A stretch of DNA of 64,000 nucleotides from Candidatus Nealsonbacteria bacterium (lineage in GTDB: Bacteria > Patescibacteriota > Minisyncoccia > Minisyncoccales > RBG-13-42-11): NCBI GenBank assembly GCA_026396115.1, contig JAPLXL010000005.1, forward strand, positions 137,316 through 201,315, written 5' to 3'. Under the pieces are notes generated by a model. It did no database searches. It had not been told where the DNA came from and worked only from the letters and a program-made list of their open reading frames with translations. Every line of letters starts with the position of its first letter. Position 1 is the stretch's first letter. This document shows, piece by piece, positions 43,380-52,371 of the stretch. A program made the position numbers and the translations under genes.

Positions 43380-44039
43380 ATGATAACATTTGACATTATT
43401 ACCATTTTTCCCAAGATTTTTGATTCTTATTTGAGAGAATCCTTTATAAAAAAAGCAATAGTCAAAGGCTTGCTTAAAATTAACATTCATAATTTAAGAG
43501 ATTGGGCAAAAGACCGCCACAAAACCGTTGATGATAGGCCATTTGGCGGCGGGTTGGGAATGGTCTTAAAGATTGAACCAATATATAAAGCCATAAAGGC
43601 TTTGAAAAAATCCAAAATTATTTTATTTACGCCGAGGGGAAAGAAATTTAATCAAAAAATGGCTTATCAGTTTTCCAAATTAAAGCAGATAATTATTATT
43701 TGCGGCCGTTATGAAGGAGTTGATGAAAGAGTGGCAAAAAAAATAGCCGATGTTGAGCTATCAATAGGCGATTATGATTTAATGGGCGGAGAGTTGCCGG
43801 CTATGGTGGTTATGGAGACAATAGCCAGATTAATCTCCGGAGTTCTTGGAAAGCCCGAATTATTAAAAGAAAGAATTACCAAAGAAAAGGGCTTTATTGA
43901 GTATCCTCAATATACCAGACCGGAGGTTTTTTCGCCCAAAAAAGGAGTAAAATGGCACGTGCCGAAAGTTTTGGTTTCCGGAAATCATAAAAAAATTGAA
44001 GAATGGCGGGAAAAACACCAAAAAATCATTGGGGAATAA
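43380..44039 (+). CDS. trmD: tRNA (guanine37-N1)-methyltransferase TrmD
   Basis: MITFDIITIFPKIFDSY start and SPOUT knot motifs. The longer frame starting at 43266 is open only because a mini-element copy lies immediately upstream. Confidence 0.85.
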   Translation: MITFDIITIFPKIFDSYLRESFIKKAIVKGLLKINIHNLRDWAKDRHKTVDDRPFGGGLGMVLKIEPIYKAIKALKKSKIILFTPRGKKFNQKMAYQFSKLKQIIIICGRYEGVDERVAKKIADVELSIGDYDLMGGELPAMVVMETIARLISGVLGKPELLKERITKEKGFIEYPQYTRPEVFSPKKGVKWHVPKVLVSGNHKKIEEWREKHQKIIGE

Positions 44040-44070
44040 GAAAATTTGTGATAAAATAATTAAATACCGA

Positions 44071-44115
44071 AATGAATCGCAGTTCATTGAAGGTTGAAAT
44101 AAATCAAAGATTCAT
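44071..44115. promoter_or_regulatory. two tandem 7-5-7 palindromes (AATGAAT-N5-ATTCATT family) immediately upstream of tRNA-Tyr
   Basis: gaaatgaatcgcagttcattgaa and a degenerate gaaataatcaaagattcattgaa; the same motif occurs at 2921-3000 and 54027-54045. Confidence 0.5.
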
Positions 44116-44120
44116 TGAAT

Positions 44121-44205
44121 CGGGTGCGTGGTGGAGTAGCTAACACACCACTCTGTAAAAGTGGCGCCTTCGGGCTTCGCAGGTGCAATTCCTGCCGCAC
44201 CCACC
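44121..44205 (+). tRNA. tRNA-Tyr (anticodon GTA), type II with long variable arm, CCA encoded
   Basis: Acceptor GGGTGCG/CGCACCC, anticodon stem-loop CCACT-CTGTAAA-AGTGG, 14-nt variable arm, T-arm GCAGG-TGCAATT-CCTGC, 3' ACCA. Confidence 0.75.
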
Positions 44206-44282
44206 ATAAAAATTTAAAATTAAAAATTAAAAAAGAAGAAAAGAAAAAGGAGGCAAAAGGGAAAAATATCGCCGAGGGACTT

Positions 44283-44311
44283 GACAAGGAAAAATGAATA
44301 TGCTATGATAT
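44283..44311 (+). promoter_or_regulatory. sigma70-like promoter (TTGACA-17-TATGAT) inside the tRNA-Tyr-adjacent island
   Basis: cttgacaaggaaaaatgaatatgctatgat. Confidence 0.35.
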
Positions 44312-44616
44312 AAATATTAATGAGAAATAGATAGTTCTTACAAATTAAATAAGATAAAAACAATTTCGAGGAGAGAGTCGCAATTGTTTTAAGTCAATTT
44401 TGTAAAAACCATTGGTTATTAAATTTAGTGACCAGAAATATTGTAAAAGGCGACTCTTCCAGAGCCGTCTTTTACTTTTTAAGCACCTTCAAATTAAATA
44501 TGGAGAAACCTCTTTTCTGCCACTGCATTTGGGAATATTGATATGTTCTCAGTTGCGGTGGCAGAAAAAAAGAAAGAAAAAAAATCCGCCCTCGGGCGGA
44601 AAAAGGAGGAAAAGAA

Positions 44617-45822
44617 ATGAAAAGGAAGATTGATATGCGATTTGGTGGAGGATACAATACAATTTTGTATTCTGCCAGGAGAAACTGTTTCTTTGCCTAT
44701 GAGCAGGAAGCAGTGGAAATTCATTCTAAATACGGGGGGAGGCAGTATTACTCCTCTCGAACTGGGTTGAGTGGTGCCGGTTTTCTCGAAGTTGATCCGA
44801 TCAACAATGATTTGATCCAGTTCGGGTATTACCGGACAGATGCGATGAGCGAACAGCGAATAGAGACAGTTCATACTGTCAATGGTTGTCCAGTATTTGG
44901 TTATGCCCCGATTATCTCGCATGGGGGAATTGACCAAAACGCACCGTTTGTACTCGCGGACGGTAGGAAAGTGGCGTTTGTCCATGCCTGCGATGTTCGT
45001 GATACCATTCTTAAATGGGAAGGGATTAAGGGCAAGGAAATCGAGTTGAACTATTATGATCACTACGGTCATAAAGAGAAACTCACTTTCCAGTTTTACA
45101 ATCCTGACCATTTCAGAGAAGTGAGGGCAAGCCGTTTCGTAGACTTACGAGGTCCTCGCCTAGAGGCAAAGGCAGTCCAACTCGAAGAGTTGGAAAGCGT
45201 CTTTGCTCGTCAGCTTTCCATTTCAAAAGAGATGGAAAGCGAGCGCTGGTTTCACATCAATGCCGATGGAATATTCGACATGATGTGGGAAGAGGACCCT
45301 CGTCAAATCGTCGGCGAAATCGTACCAGGATGGTACGGCGAAGGCAATGGTCTCTACTGGCGACGTGGTCGCAACGGCGTGAAAGTTTTCATGGAGATTA
45401 AAAGGTCTTCCTTGAATGGCGGGAAATATGTCGTTAATGGCAAAACTTCCGAGTTTATCGACTACGAGCAGAACTTTTCCATCTTGGAATGGTTCAGCAA
45501 GGACATTGATGCGTGGAAGAAACACTTCGTCGCGCAAGTGACGAAGAAAACACGCATGGACTACGTATATGCCTGCCAGTGTGTGGGCATAAATACTTAT
45601 GAGTTGATGAAACAACATCCGGATGTCCGAGTCTGTCTCCAAGATTCACTTGATGTTGGCAACTGTCGCCCGGCATCAGAGGAATTCGTCGAGCAATATA
45701 AAATCAAGCTCGATGAGGACGGATACACTGCCATAAAGACATTGCTAGAAAATCCGAACATCGACGAGATGTTGCGGAATTTCAACTTTCAGAAGACAAT
45801 CCACTACAAACTAGTGGATTAA
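44617..45822 (+). CDS. orphan hypothetical protein, compositionally foreign (clearly GC-richer than its surroundings), preceded by a GC hairpin and an AAGGAGG RBS
   Basis: 401-aa ORF with no motif I recognise; GC and codon usage differ from flanking housekeeping genes. Confidence 0.45.
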   Translation: MKRKIDMRFGGGYNTILYSARRNCFFAYEQEAVEIHSKYGGRQYYSSRTGLSGAGFLEVDPINNDLIQFGYYRTDAMSEQRIETVHTVNGCPVFGYAPIISHGGIDQNAPFVLADGRKVAFVHACDVRDTILKWEGIKGKEIELNYYDHYGHKEKLTFQFYNPDHFREVRASRFVDLRGPRLEAKAVQLEELESVFARQLSISKEMESERWFHINADGIFDMMWEEDPRQIVGEIVPGWYGEGNGLYWRRGRNGVKVFMEIKRSSLNGGKYVVNGKTSEFIDYEQNFSILEWFSKDIDAWKKHFVAQVTKKTRMDYVYACQCVGINTYELMKQHPDVRVCLQDSLDVGNCRPASEEFVEQYKIKLDEDGYTAIKTLLENPNIDEMLRNFNFQKTIHYKLVD

Positions 45823-46020
45823 TAATTAATCAAGGCGCTAACTGTCTTATTAGAGTTTTCGTAAGCCACCGAATGAAAATTTTAATGAAAAGTTAGTTGG
45901 TGAGATCTGTTATTAACAGATGGCCTTGACTCACCGTAAAACAAAAAGGATGCACTTATATGAAGGAGGTAAGAGTTTACTTATCAAAAGTTTACTCATT
46001 ATAATACTCTTCCTCCTTCA

Positions 46021-46062
46021 ATCTCCCAAGTTCAGAATTAAGATTCTGGATTTAGGAGATTG
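46021..46062 (+). repeat. 42-bp direct repeat, copy 1 (atcTcccaagttcagaattaagattctggatttaggagattg) with internal palindrome CAGAAT-TAAG-ATTCTG
   Basis: 41/42 identity with 46522-46563. Confidence 0.8.
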
Positions 46063-46108
46063 GAAAAAAGAAAGAAAAGAAATAAAAAGAAGAAAGGAGG
46101 TGTTTTAA

Positions 46109-46474
46109 GTGGAAAAGTTCGGTTTAAAAGCCGAAAAGTGGATAATATCTATTTTGAAAAGCAACGGGTTCTCAGTGATAAAATCGAGTGATATAGAGGA
46201 TCTAATTTTCAAAGTAGATTTCTGGATTCAGCACGATAATTACTGGATTCCAGTTCAGTTCTCGGTGGATAAGGAGGCGATTATTAGTTGGAAGGGGACT
46301 AATTCACTTCGACTGGGAATTGTTCCTATGTGGATAGATGGGAACAAGCTCAGGAGGGCTTTTGAAGATGAGGATGGGATAGAGTTAATTAAGGAGTTCT
46401 GGAATCGTGTAGAACAGATTATAGAAAATTGTTCTATAAAGCGATTTCAAACTCCAAACTGGAGTTGCGCTTAA
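46109..46474 (+). CDS. hypothetical protein carried on a cassette flanked by 42-bp direct repeats (GTG start, AAGGAGG RBS)
   Basis: ORF followed by the terminator-like hairpin ggggaactcaaattgcacacaatgagttcccc, then the second DR. Confidence 0.35.
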   Translation: MEKFGLKAEKWIISILKSNGFSVIKSSDIEDLIFKVDFWIQHDNYWIPVQFSVDKEAIISWKGTNSLRLGIVPMWIDGNKLRRAFEDEDGIELIKEFWNRVEQIIENCSIKRFQTPNWSCA

Positions 46475-46521
46475 CCAGATCACTAAAGGGGAACTCAAAT
46501 TGCACACAATGAGTTCCCCTA

Positions 46522-46563
46522 ATCCCCCAAGTTCAGAATTAAGATTCTGGATTTAGGAGATTG
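46522..46563 (+). repeat. 42-bp direct repeat, copy 2
   Basis: 41/42 identity with 46021-46062. Confidence 0.8.
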
Positions 46564-46938
46564 TTCCGAGTTTCAGAAAGATAAAATTTAACATAGAGGA
46601 AATAAAATGTTAGGATTTTAAATGGGTTTTTCTTCAGAGAGCTGTCAGTAAGTTCTAGCCCCTCCCCCCGGAGATGGCTACCAAGCTAGATCGGACATTA
46701 GTTCTGAAGACTGGCGAATTTCGCCAAAATCTCTCTCATTGTCTTCTAAAAATTGATGTTTGTATCATCCTAGCGCTTGCTGATAGCTTCTTGGAGAAAA
46801 ATATTGACATATTTAAAAAAAAGAGTAAAATAAAAGACAGCTTGGCAGAGCCAGGCAAAATAGTCGATTTTCTGGATTTCAGAAAGAGAGAATCGCAGAA
46901 TTAAAGGTCGGAAGAATTTTTAGTTTTATTAGTTTTAC

Positions 46939-47280
46939 TTGTTAAAATTAACACTTATGGCAAAAGCAACTATTGACAAAGAATTTCTTGAATACATTAT
47001 TAAAGGCCTAGTTGACTACCCCGATGATGTAAAAGTTGAAAGAAAAGTTGACGAGATGGGTGTTTTGCTCAGTTTGAAAGTCAACTCCGAAGATATGGGT
47101 CAGATTATCGGAAAGGAAGGTTCAACTGCTCGGGCAATAAGAAACCTTATTAGAATTGTAGGTCTCAAAAATCATGCCCGGGTTAACTTAAAGATTGAAG
47201 AACCAGAAGGCAGAGTAGCTGAAGTAAGAAAAGCTCCTGCCCGAAAGAAAGAAAGCGATTTGGATAGTTTAAATCTTTAA
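46939..47280 (+). CDS. khpA: KhpA paralog (copy 2) with a different C-terminal extension
   Basis: VDEMGVLLSLKVNSEDMGQIIGK is identical to copy 1, but the DNA carries many synonymous differences (an old duplicate or xenolog). Confidence 0.65.
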   Translation: MLKLTLMAKATIDKEFLEYIIKGLVDYPDDVKVERKVDEMGVLLSLKVNSEDMGQIIGKEGSTARAIRNLIRIVGLKNHARVNLKIEEPEGRVAEVRKAPARKKESDLDSLNL

Positions 47281-47354
47281 GTCTAAGGTTTACATCAAGA
47301 GAAAGCGGTGCTACTATGAAAAGGTGGTACCGTTTTTTCGTATCTCTATTATTA

Positions 47355-47427
47355 GCCTGGGTAGCTCAGTTGGCAGAGCACGTCTTTGGTAAAGACGAGG
47401 TCGCCGGTTCAATCCCGGCCTCAGGCT
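47355..47427 (+). tRNA. tRNA-Thr (anticodon GGT), CCA not encoded
   Basis: Acceptor GCCTGGG/CTCAGGC, anticodon stem-loop CGTCT-TTGGTAA-AGACG, T-arm GCCGG-TTCAATC-CCGGC. Confidence 0.75.
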
Positions 47428-47485
47428 CCCGAGCGATAGTAAAGAGGAGAGAAGAGAATTTATCCTCTACGAACTCATAAAAAAT

Positions 47486-47653
47486 ATGGCTACAAAAAAG
47501 AAACCATTTATTAAACTTCAGTGCAAAGAGTGCAAAAGAATTAATTATTTTACCCGAAAATCTAAGCAAAAAAAAGCTGAGAGAAAGTTGGAATTTAAAA
47601 AGTTTTGTAAATGGTGCAGAAAAAATACCATCCATAAGGAATCGAAAAGATAG
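47486..47653 (+). CDS. rpmG: 50S ribosomal protein L33 (missed by the ORF track because it is under 60 aa)
   Basis: MATKKKPFIKLQCKECKRINYFTRKSKQKKAERKLEFKKFCKWCRKNTIHKESKR: CxxC...CxxC zinc ribbon typical of L33. Confidence 0.8.
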   Translation: MATKKKPFIKLQCKECKRINYFTRKSKQKKAERKLEFKKFCKWCRKNTIHKESKR

Positions 47654-47662
47654 ATAAATAAA

Positions 47663-47734
47663 GGGGGCGTGGTGAAATGGCTATCATAGGAATCTCCAAA
47701 ATTTCTGTTTCAGGTTCGAATCCTGGCGCCCCCG
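47663..47734 (+). tRNA. tRNA-Trp (anticodon CCA), CCA not encoded
   Basis: Acceptor GGGGGCG/CGCCCCC, anticodon stem-loop GGAAT-CTCCAAA-ATTTC, T-arm TCAGG-TTCGAAT-CCTGG. Confidence 0.7.
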
Positions 47735-47750
47735 CTTCTTTATAAACAAT

Positions 47751-49298
47751 ATGAACAAAAAGATAATTTTAATAATCATTATCATTATTTTGGTAACCTT
47801 TGGCGTTTATCGAGTTTTTTTAAAAGAAAAAAAACCTGAGTTTAATTTGATTGAGGTGGTTCGGGGAGACATCGTCCAAGAAATTTTTGAAAGCGGCCAA
47901 GTTGGAAGGGGAGAAAAAATAAACCTTATCTTTGAAAACGCCGGAAAAATTGAAAAAATTTATGCCGGGGTGGGCGATGAGGTTAAGGCTGGCCAGGAAT
48001 TGGCAAAGCTGGACACCAGCAATCTTTATATTCAGCTTCAGGATGTTCAAACCGGCCTTGAATTAGCTCAACTAAACTTAAATAAGTTATTGGCCGGTGC
48101 CGGTCCGGAAGAAATTAAAATTACTGAAACCCAACTGGAAAACGCCGAAATTACCTTAGGGATTGCCAAAGAAAATTTAAAAAATAGCTATGAAACAGCC
48201 ATAACTGTTTCAGATGGTTCTTATCCTCAAATTTATAACGCTCTAGATTTTGTAAAAGAATTTGTCGGAGAATACATTAATATCTATGACGAAGACGGTA
48301 GAACAATAATGCGTGCCAGAGATGAAATAGAAAGAGCAGAAGCGGAAGCAAAACTTTATTTAGGGATTGCAAAAAATAATTTAAACAATGATAAAAATAT
48401 TGAAACTGCTCTTTTAATAATGAAAAACTCTCTTGAGACAGCTTTTGACAGCTTAGAAACAATCCGTGAAATTGCCGATAAATCAGCTATTTATCGAGAA
48501 AGAGTTTCGGCAGCTGACAAGGCTTCTTTGGATACCCTGAAAACAAATATTAATGGAGCCCTGACTAATGTTATTGGCGTCCAACAAACAATCTCTTCAA
48601 TGAAATCAAACGTTGAGACGGCGCAAACAAAACTTCAAGAGGCTGAGAGCCGTTTAGATTTAATCAAAGCCGAAGTCCGCCAAGTGGATATTGATTTGTC
48701 TGAAGCCCAGATAAGACAAGCTCAAACCCGGGTACAATTTTACGAAAATCAAATTCAGCAATCAAAACTTATCAGTCCGGCTGCCGGCAAAATCATTGAA
48801 ATTAAAAAGAGAATCGGGGAATTGGTTCAGCCGACCTCGCAGGACGTTGTCATCGTTGTTTTGCCCATCGCCCCTTATGAAATAAAAGTAGACATTTACG
48901 AGGAAGACGTGATTGAAATAAGCGTCGGCAATTCGGTTGAAATTACTTTGGTTGCCTTTCCGGATAAAAAAATTGAAGGGAGGGTTATCTCAATAAGTCC
49001 GGCAGAAAAAATAGTTGACGGCGTGGTTTATTATGAAACAACTATTGGTTTTGAAGAAATGCTCAAGGCGATAAAGCCCGGCATGACCGCAGACGTTATT
49101 ATTCAAGCTGATTTAAAAGAAAATGTTCTGATTATTTCCAGAGATGCAATTCAAGAAAAAGATGACAAAACAATAGTTGAAGTTTTTAAAAATGGGCAGA
49201 TTCAGGAAAGAGATATTGAAATTGGATTGAGGGGGAGCAACGATATGGTAGAAGTGCTTTCCGGTCTTGAAGAGGGAGAAAAAGTAATTCAAAGATAG
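47751..49298 (+). CDS. HlyD-family periplasmic adaptor / membrane-fusion protein (MacA-like)
   Basis: N-terminal TM, long coiled-coil hairpin region, lipoyl/beta-barrel motifs (ISPAAGKIIEIKKRIGELV; GMTADVIIQ). Confidence 0.7.
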   Translation: MNKKIILIIIIIILVTFGVYRVFLKEKKPEFNLIEVVRGDIVQEIFESGQVGRGEKINLIFENAGKIEKIYAGVGDEVKAGQELAKLDTSNLYIQLQDVQTGLELAQLNLNKLLAGAGPEEIKITETQLENAEITLGIAKENLKNSYETAITVSDGSYPQIYNALDFVKEFVGEYINIYDEDGRTIMRARDEIERAEAEAKLYLGIAKNNLNNDKNIETALLIMKNSLETAFDSLETIREIADKSAIYRERVSAADKASLDTLKTNINGALTNVIGVQQTISSMKSNVETAQTKLQEAESRLDLIKAEVRQVDIDLSEAQIRQAQTRVQFYENQIQQSKLISPAAGKIIEIKKRIGELVQPTSQDVVIVVLPIAPYEIKVDIYEEDVIEISVGNSVEITLVAFPDKKIEGRVISISPAEKIVDGVVYYETTIGFEEMLKAIKPGMTADVIIQADLKENVLIISRDAIQEKDDKTIVEVFKNGQIQERDIEIGLRGSNDMVEVLSGLEEGEKVIQR

Positions 49299-49342
49299 TC
49301 GAAGAACGTTTGTTCTTCTCCACCCTTCGCTGCGGCTCGGGT
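49299..49342. repeat. mini-element copy (intergenic, HlyD - ABC ATPase)
   Basis: tcgaagaacgtttgttcttctccacccttcgctgcggctcgggt. Confidence 0.75.
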
Positions 49343-49353
49343 GAGAAAAGTTA

Positions 49354-50058
49354 ATGTCAGGGCCAATTATTAAATTAGAAAATATCTGGAAGATTTATCA
49401 ATTGGGAAAAGTAGAACTTCCTGCCTTAAGAGGCGTAGACCTGGAGATTGCTCCAGGTGGTTTTGTTAGTATTATGGGTCCTTCGGGCTCTGGCAAGTCA
49501 ACCCTTCTGAATATGATTGGAGCTTTGGATTTTCCAACCAAAGGCAAGGTTTATTTAAAGGGTAAAGACATTTCTTTGTTTTCAGAAGACGAATTATCTC
49601 AATTAAGAGGAAGAACGATTGGTTTTGTCTTCCAGGAATTTAATATTTTGCCTAACCTTACCGCCTTAGAAAATGTTATGCTGCCAATGGTTTTTCAAGG
49701 TGTATTATCGGAAGAAAGAAAAAAAAGAGCCGAAGAACTGTTAATTTCGGTGGGTTTAAAAGATAGAATTTTTCATCAGCCGGCTGAATTATCCGCTGGC
49801 GAAAGGCAGAGAGTAGCCATAGCCAGAGCTTTTGCCAATGACCCGGAAATGGTCATTGCCGATGAACCCACCGGCAACTTAGATTCGATTACCGGTAAAA
49901 AAATAATGGAGATTTTAACGGATTTTCACCAAAAACAAGGAAAGACCATTGTGGTGGTAACTCATGATCCGAATATTGCAAACTACAGCGAAAAAATTGT
50001 AAATATTAAAGACGGTCAAATAATTATTAACGATAAACAATCAGCCGAAGTTTTATGA
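49354..50058 (+). CDS. ABC transporter ATP-binding protein (MacB/LolD/FtsE-like)
   Basis: Walker A GPSGSGKST, ABC signature LSAGERQRVAIARA, Walker B VIADEPTGNLD. Confidence 0.85.
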   Translation: MSGPIIKLENIWKIYQLGKVELPALRGVDLEIAPGGFVSIMGPSGSGKSTLLNMIGALDFPTKGKVYLKGKDISLFSEDELSQLRGRTIGFVFQEFNILPNLTALENVMLPMVFQGVLSEERKKRAEELLISVGLKDRIFHQPAELSAGERQRVAIARAFANDPEMVIADEPTGNLDSITGKKIMEILTDFHQKQGKTIVVVTHDPNIANYSEKIVNIKDGQIIINDKQSAEVL

Positions 50059-51281
50059 GTGAAATAAACGAATATTTCAAAATAGCTTTAAGAAATCTCA
50101 AGACCAGGTCTTTGAGGAGTTGGCTGACTATTTTAGGTATTGTCATTGGTATTTTTTTAGTTATTAGTTTACTTTCTTTAAGTGAGGGGATTAAAAAAGC
50201 TATTAATCAGCAGTTGGAGACCATGGGCGGAGATATGATTATGGTTATGCCCGGCAGCGAAGAAAACTTAATGGGGATGATGATGGGCGGGGAAGTGTTA
50301 GAGAGGGAAGATATTATGGCCATAGAGAAAACAAAAGGAGTTGAGAATGTTTTAATCATGTCTTATCGAGGAATTGTAGTCAGATATAAAGAAGAGGCGA
50401 AAATGGTATTTTTAACCGGACTGCCCTGGGATCAAGGATTGGAAATTCTGGAGAAATTTCAGGGTTGGAGTTTATCTGAAGGCAGATGGCCTGTTCCCGG
50501 GAAAAGGGAGGTTATAGTCGGCAAGCAATGGATTATTGATATATTTAAGGAAAAAGTCAGGGTAGATGAAGAAATAGTTATGAAAGGAAGAAAGTTTAAA
50601 GTAATAGGGATATTGAATTCTCTTGGCAATAAATCGGATGATAGTAATATTTATTTAGATATAGGTCTTTATCAGGATTTAACCGGAGAAAAAAGAGGTT
50701 CGGCCAGAGTGGCTATGGTAAAAATTGAAGAAGGATTGTCTGCCGATAAGGTAGCCCAAGACCTAAAAGAGAGTCTTCAAAAAACAAGAAAGAGAAGATT
50801 CGGAGAAGATACGGCTGATTTTGCTGTTGTCACTTCTGAAAAAATCATGGGCATAACAAACAATGTTTTAGGTATTATTCAATCTGCCATTATATTTTTT
50901 GCCAGTATTGCTATTCTTGTTGGTGGAATTGGTATAACAAATACAATGTTTACTTCTATTCGTGAAAGGACAAGAGAAATAGGCGTTATGAAGGCGATTG
51001 GTGCCAAAAATTCAACTGTTCTGACGATTTTCTTAATTGAAGCAGGAATCATTGGCTTGGTAGGAGGTGCCGGAGGCATAATATTGGGAATTATTTGTGC
51101 AAAGATTATTGAATTATATTCGCAGGCCAATCCTTTGTTTTACTTTTCTGTTTCTGTATCACCGGGTTTAATTTTATTCGGTTTAACATTTTCACTTTTT
51201 GTCGGCTGTTTCGCCGGATTTCTTCCGGCCAGGCAAGCGGCTAGATTGAAGCCGGTAGAAGCTTTAAGGAGATATGAATAA
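50055..51281 (+). CDS. ABC transporter permease, FtsX/MacB family with a large periplasmic domain
   Basis: One N-terminal TM, periplasmic domain, three C-terminal TM helices (FtsX fold). Confidence 0.75.
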   Translation: MSEINEYFKIALRNLKTRSLRSWLTILGIVIGIFLVISLLSLSEGIKKAINQQLETMGGDMIMVMPGSEENLMGMMMGGEVLEREDIMAIEKTKGVENVLIMSYRGIVVRYKEEAKMVFLTGLPWDQGLEILEKFQGWSLSEGRWPVPGKREVIVGKQWIIDIFKEKVRVDEEIVMKGRKFKVIGILNSLGNKSDDSNIYLDIGLYQDLTGEKRGSARVAMVKIEEGLSADKVAQDLKESLQKTRKRRFGEDTADFAVVTSEKIMGITNNVLGIIQSAIIFFASIAILVGGIGITNTMFTSIRERTREIGVMKAIGAKNSTVLTIFLIEAGIIGLVGGAGGIILGIICAKIIELYSQANPLFYFSVSVSPGLILFGLTFSLFVGCFAGFLPARQAARLKPVEALRRYE

Positions 51282-51774
51282 AGAAATTATAAAATACCCA
51301 AACCCGATATTGAGGAAGAAGTCCGAGGAGATGAAGGAGGTGACCGAAGATATAAAAAAATTTGGCCAAGATATGATTCAAACAATGATGGAAAAAGATG
51401 GCATAGGTTTGGCCGCTCCTCAGGTTGGAGAATTAAAAAGAATAATTGTGGTTTATCCTATTCGGGAAAGATCTCTTGAAGAAAAAGCAAAAAGAACACC
51501 TCAAGTTTTTATTAATCCTAAAATAATAAAAAAGAGTAAAGAGACTATAATTGATGAAGAAGGTTGTTTGAGCCTTCCCGAACTTTTTTTGAAAATAAAA
51601 AGAGCAAAAGAAGTTGAAATTGAAGCATTGAATGAAAGAGGAGAAAAAATTAAAATAAAAACCGAGGGTCTGCCGGCCAGAGTTTTCCAGCACGAAATTG
51701 ACCACTTAGACGGAATATTATTTATAGACAGAATTTCTTTTTTCCAAAAATTATGGCGCTTGTTGAAGAGTTAA
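51274..51774 (+). CDS. def: peptide deformylase
   Basis: GIGLAAPQVG, EGCLSLP and QHEIDHLDG motifs. Confidence 0.85.
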   Translation: MNKEIIKYPNPILRKKSEEMKEVTEDIKKFGQDMIQTMMEKDGIGLAAPQVGELKRIIVVYPIRERSLEEKAKRTPQVFINPKIIKKSKETIIDEEGCLSLPELFLKIKRAKEVEIEALNERGEKIKIKTEGLPARVFQHEIDHLDGILFIDRISFFQKLWRLLKS

Positions 51775-52367
51775 TTAAAGAAGGATGGTTGAAGACGCCA
51801 GAGGTAATTTCGGCCTTTAAAAAAATCAAAAGGGTTGATTTTTTGCCGGAAGACCTTAAAGATTTGGCCGAATTAAATGAAGCCCTGCCTATTAATTACG
51901 GCCAGACAATTTCCCAGCCCCTGGTTGTTGCTTTTATGCTGGAATTGTTGGAGCCAAAAAAAGGAGAGAAGATTTTGGATATTGGCTCGGGTTCCGGCTG
52001 GACTTCGGCTCTTTTAGGAGAAATTGTTGGACAAAAGGGAAGGGTTATAGCCATTGATATCGTTCCCGAGTTGAAGGAGTTTGGAAAAAAGAATGTTGGG
52101 AAATATAATTTTGTAGAGAAGGGGATTGTAGAATTTATTTGTGCCGACGGCTCCAAGGGTTATGAAAAAGAAGCGCCGTTTGATAAAATTTTAGTATCGG
52201 CGACCGCAATCAGAATCCCTGATTCTTGGAAAAAACAGTTAAAAGTTGGAGGAAGAATTGTCACGCCGATAAACTCCTCAATCTGGCTTTTTATAAGAAA
52301 GAGCGAAACAGAATTTGACCAAATCGAATACCCCGGCTTTATTTTCGTGCCGCTTATTGAGAAGTAA
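51753..52367 (+). CDS. pcm: protein-L-isoaspartate O-methyltransferase
   Basis: QTISQPLVVAFMLELL...ILDIGSGSGWTSALL SAM-binding motif. Confidence 0.8.
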   Translation: MALVEELIKEGWLKTPEVISAFKKIKRVDFLPEDLKDLAELNEALPINYGQTISQPLVVAFMLELLEPKKGEKILDIGSGSGWTSALLGEIVGQKGRVIAIDIVPELKEFGKKNVGKYNFVEKGIVEFICADGSKGYEKEAPFDKILVSATAIRIPDSWKKQLKVGGRIVTPINSSIWLFIRKSETEFDQIEYPGFIFVPLIEK

Positions 52368-52371
52368 AAAT

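Noticed and set aside
44084-44297. ORFs on both strands (67 and 60 aa) after trmD
   Set aside because: They overlap the tRNA-Tyr gene (44121-44205) and its flanking palindromes. The region is better explained as tRNA plus regulatory DNA.
47366-47635. Minus-strand 89-aa ORF
   Set aside because: Overlaps tRNA-Thr and is antisense to the clear L33 (rpmG) gene.
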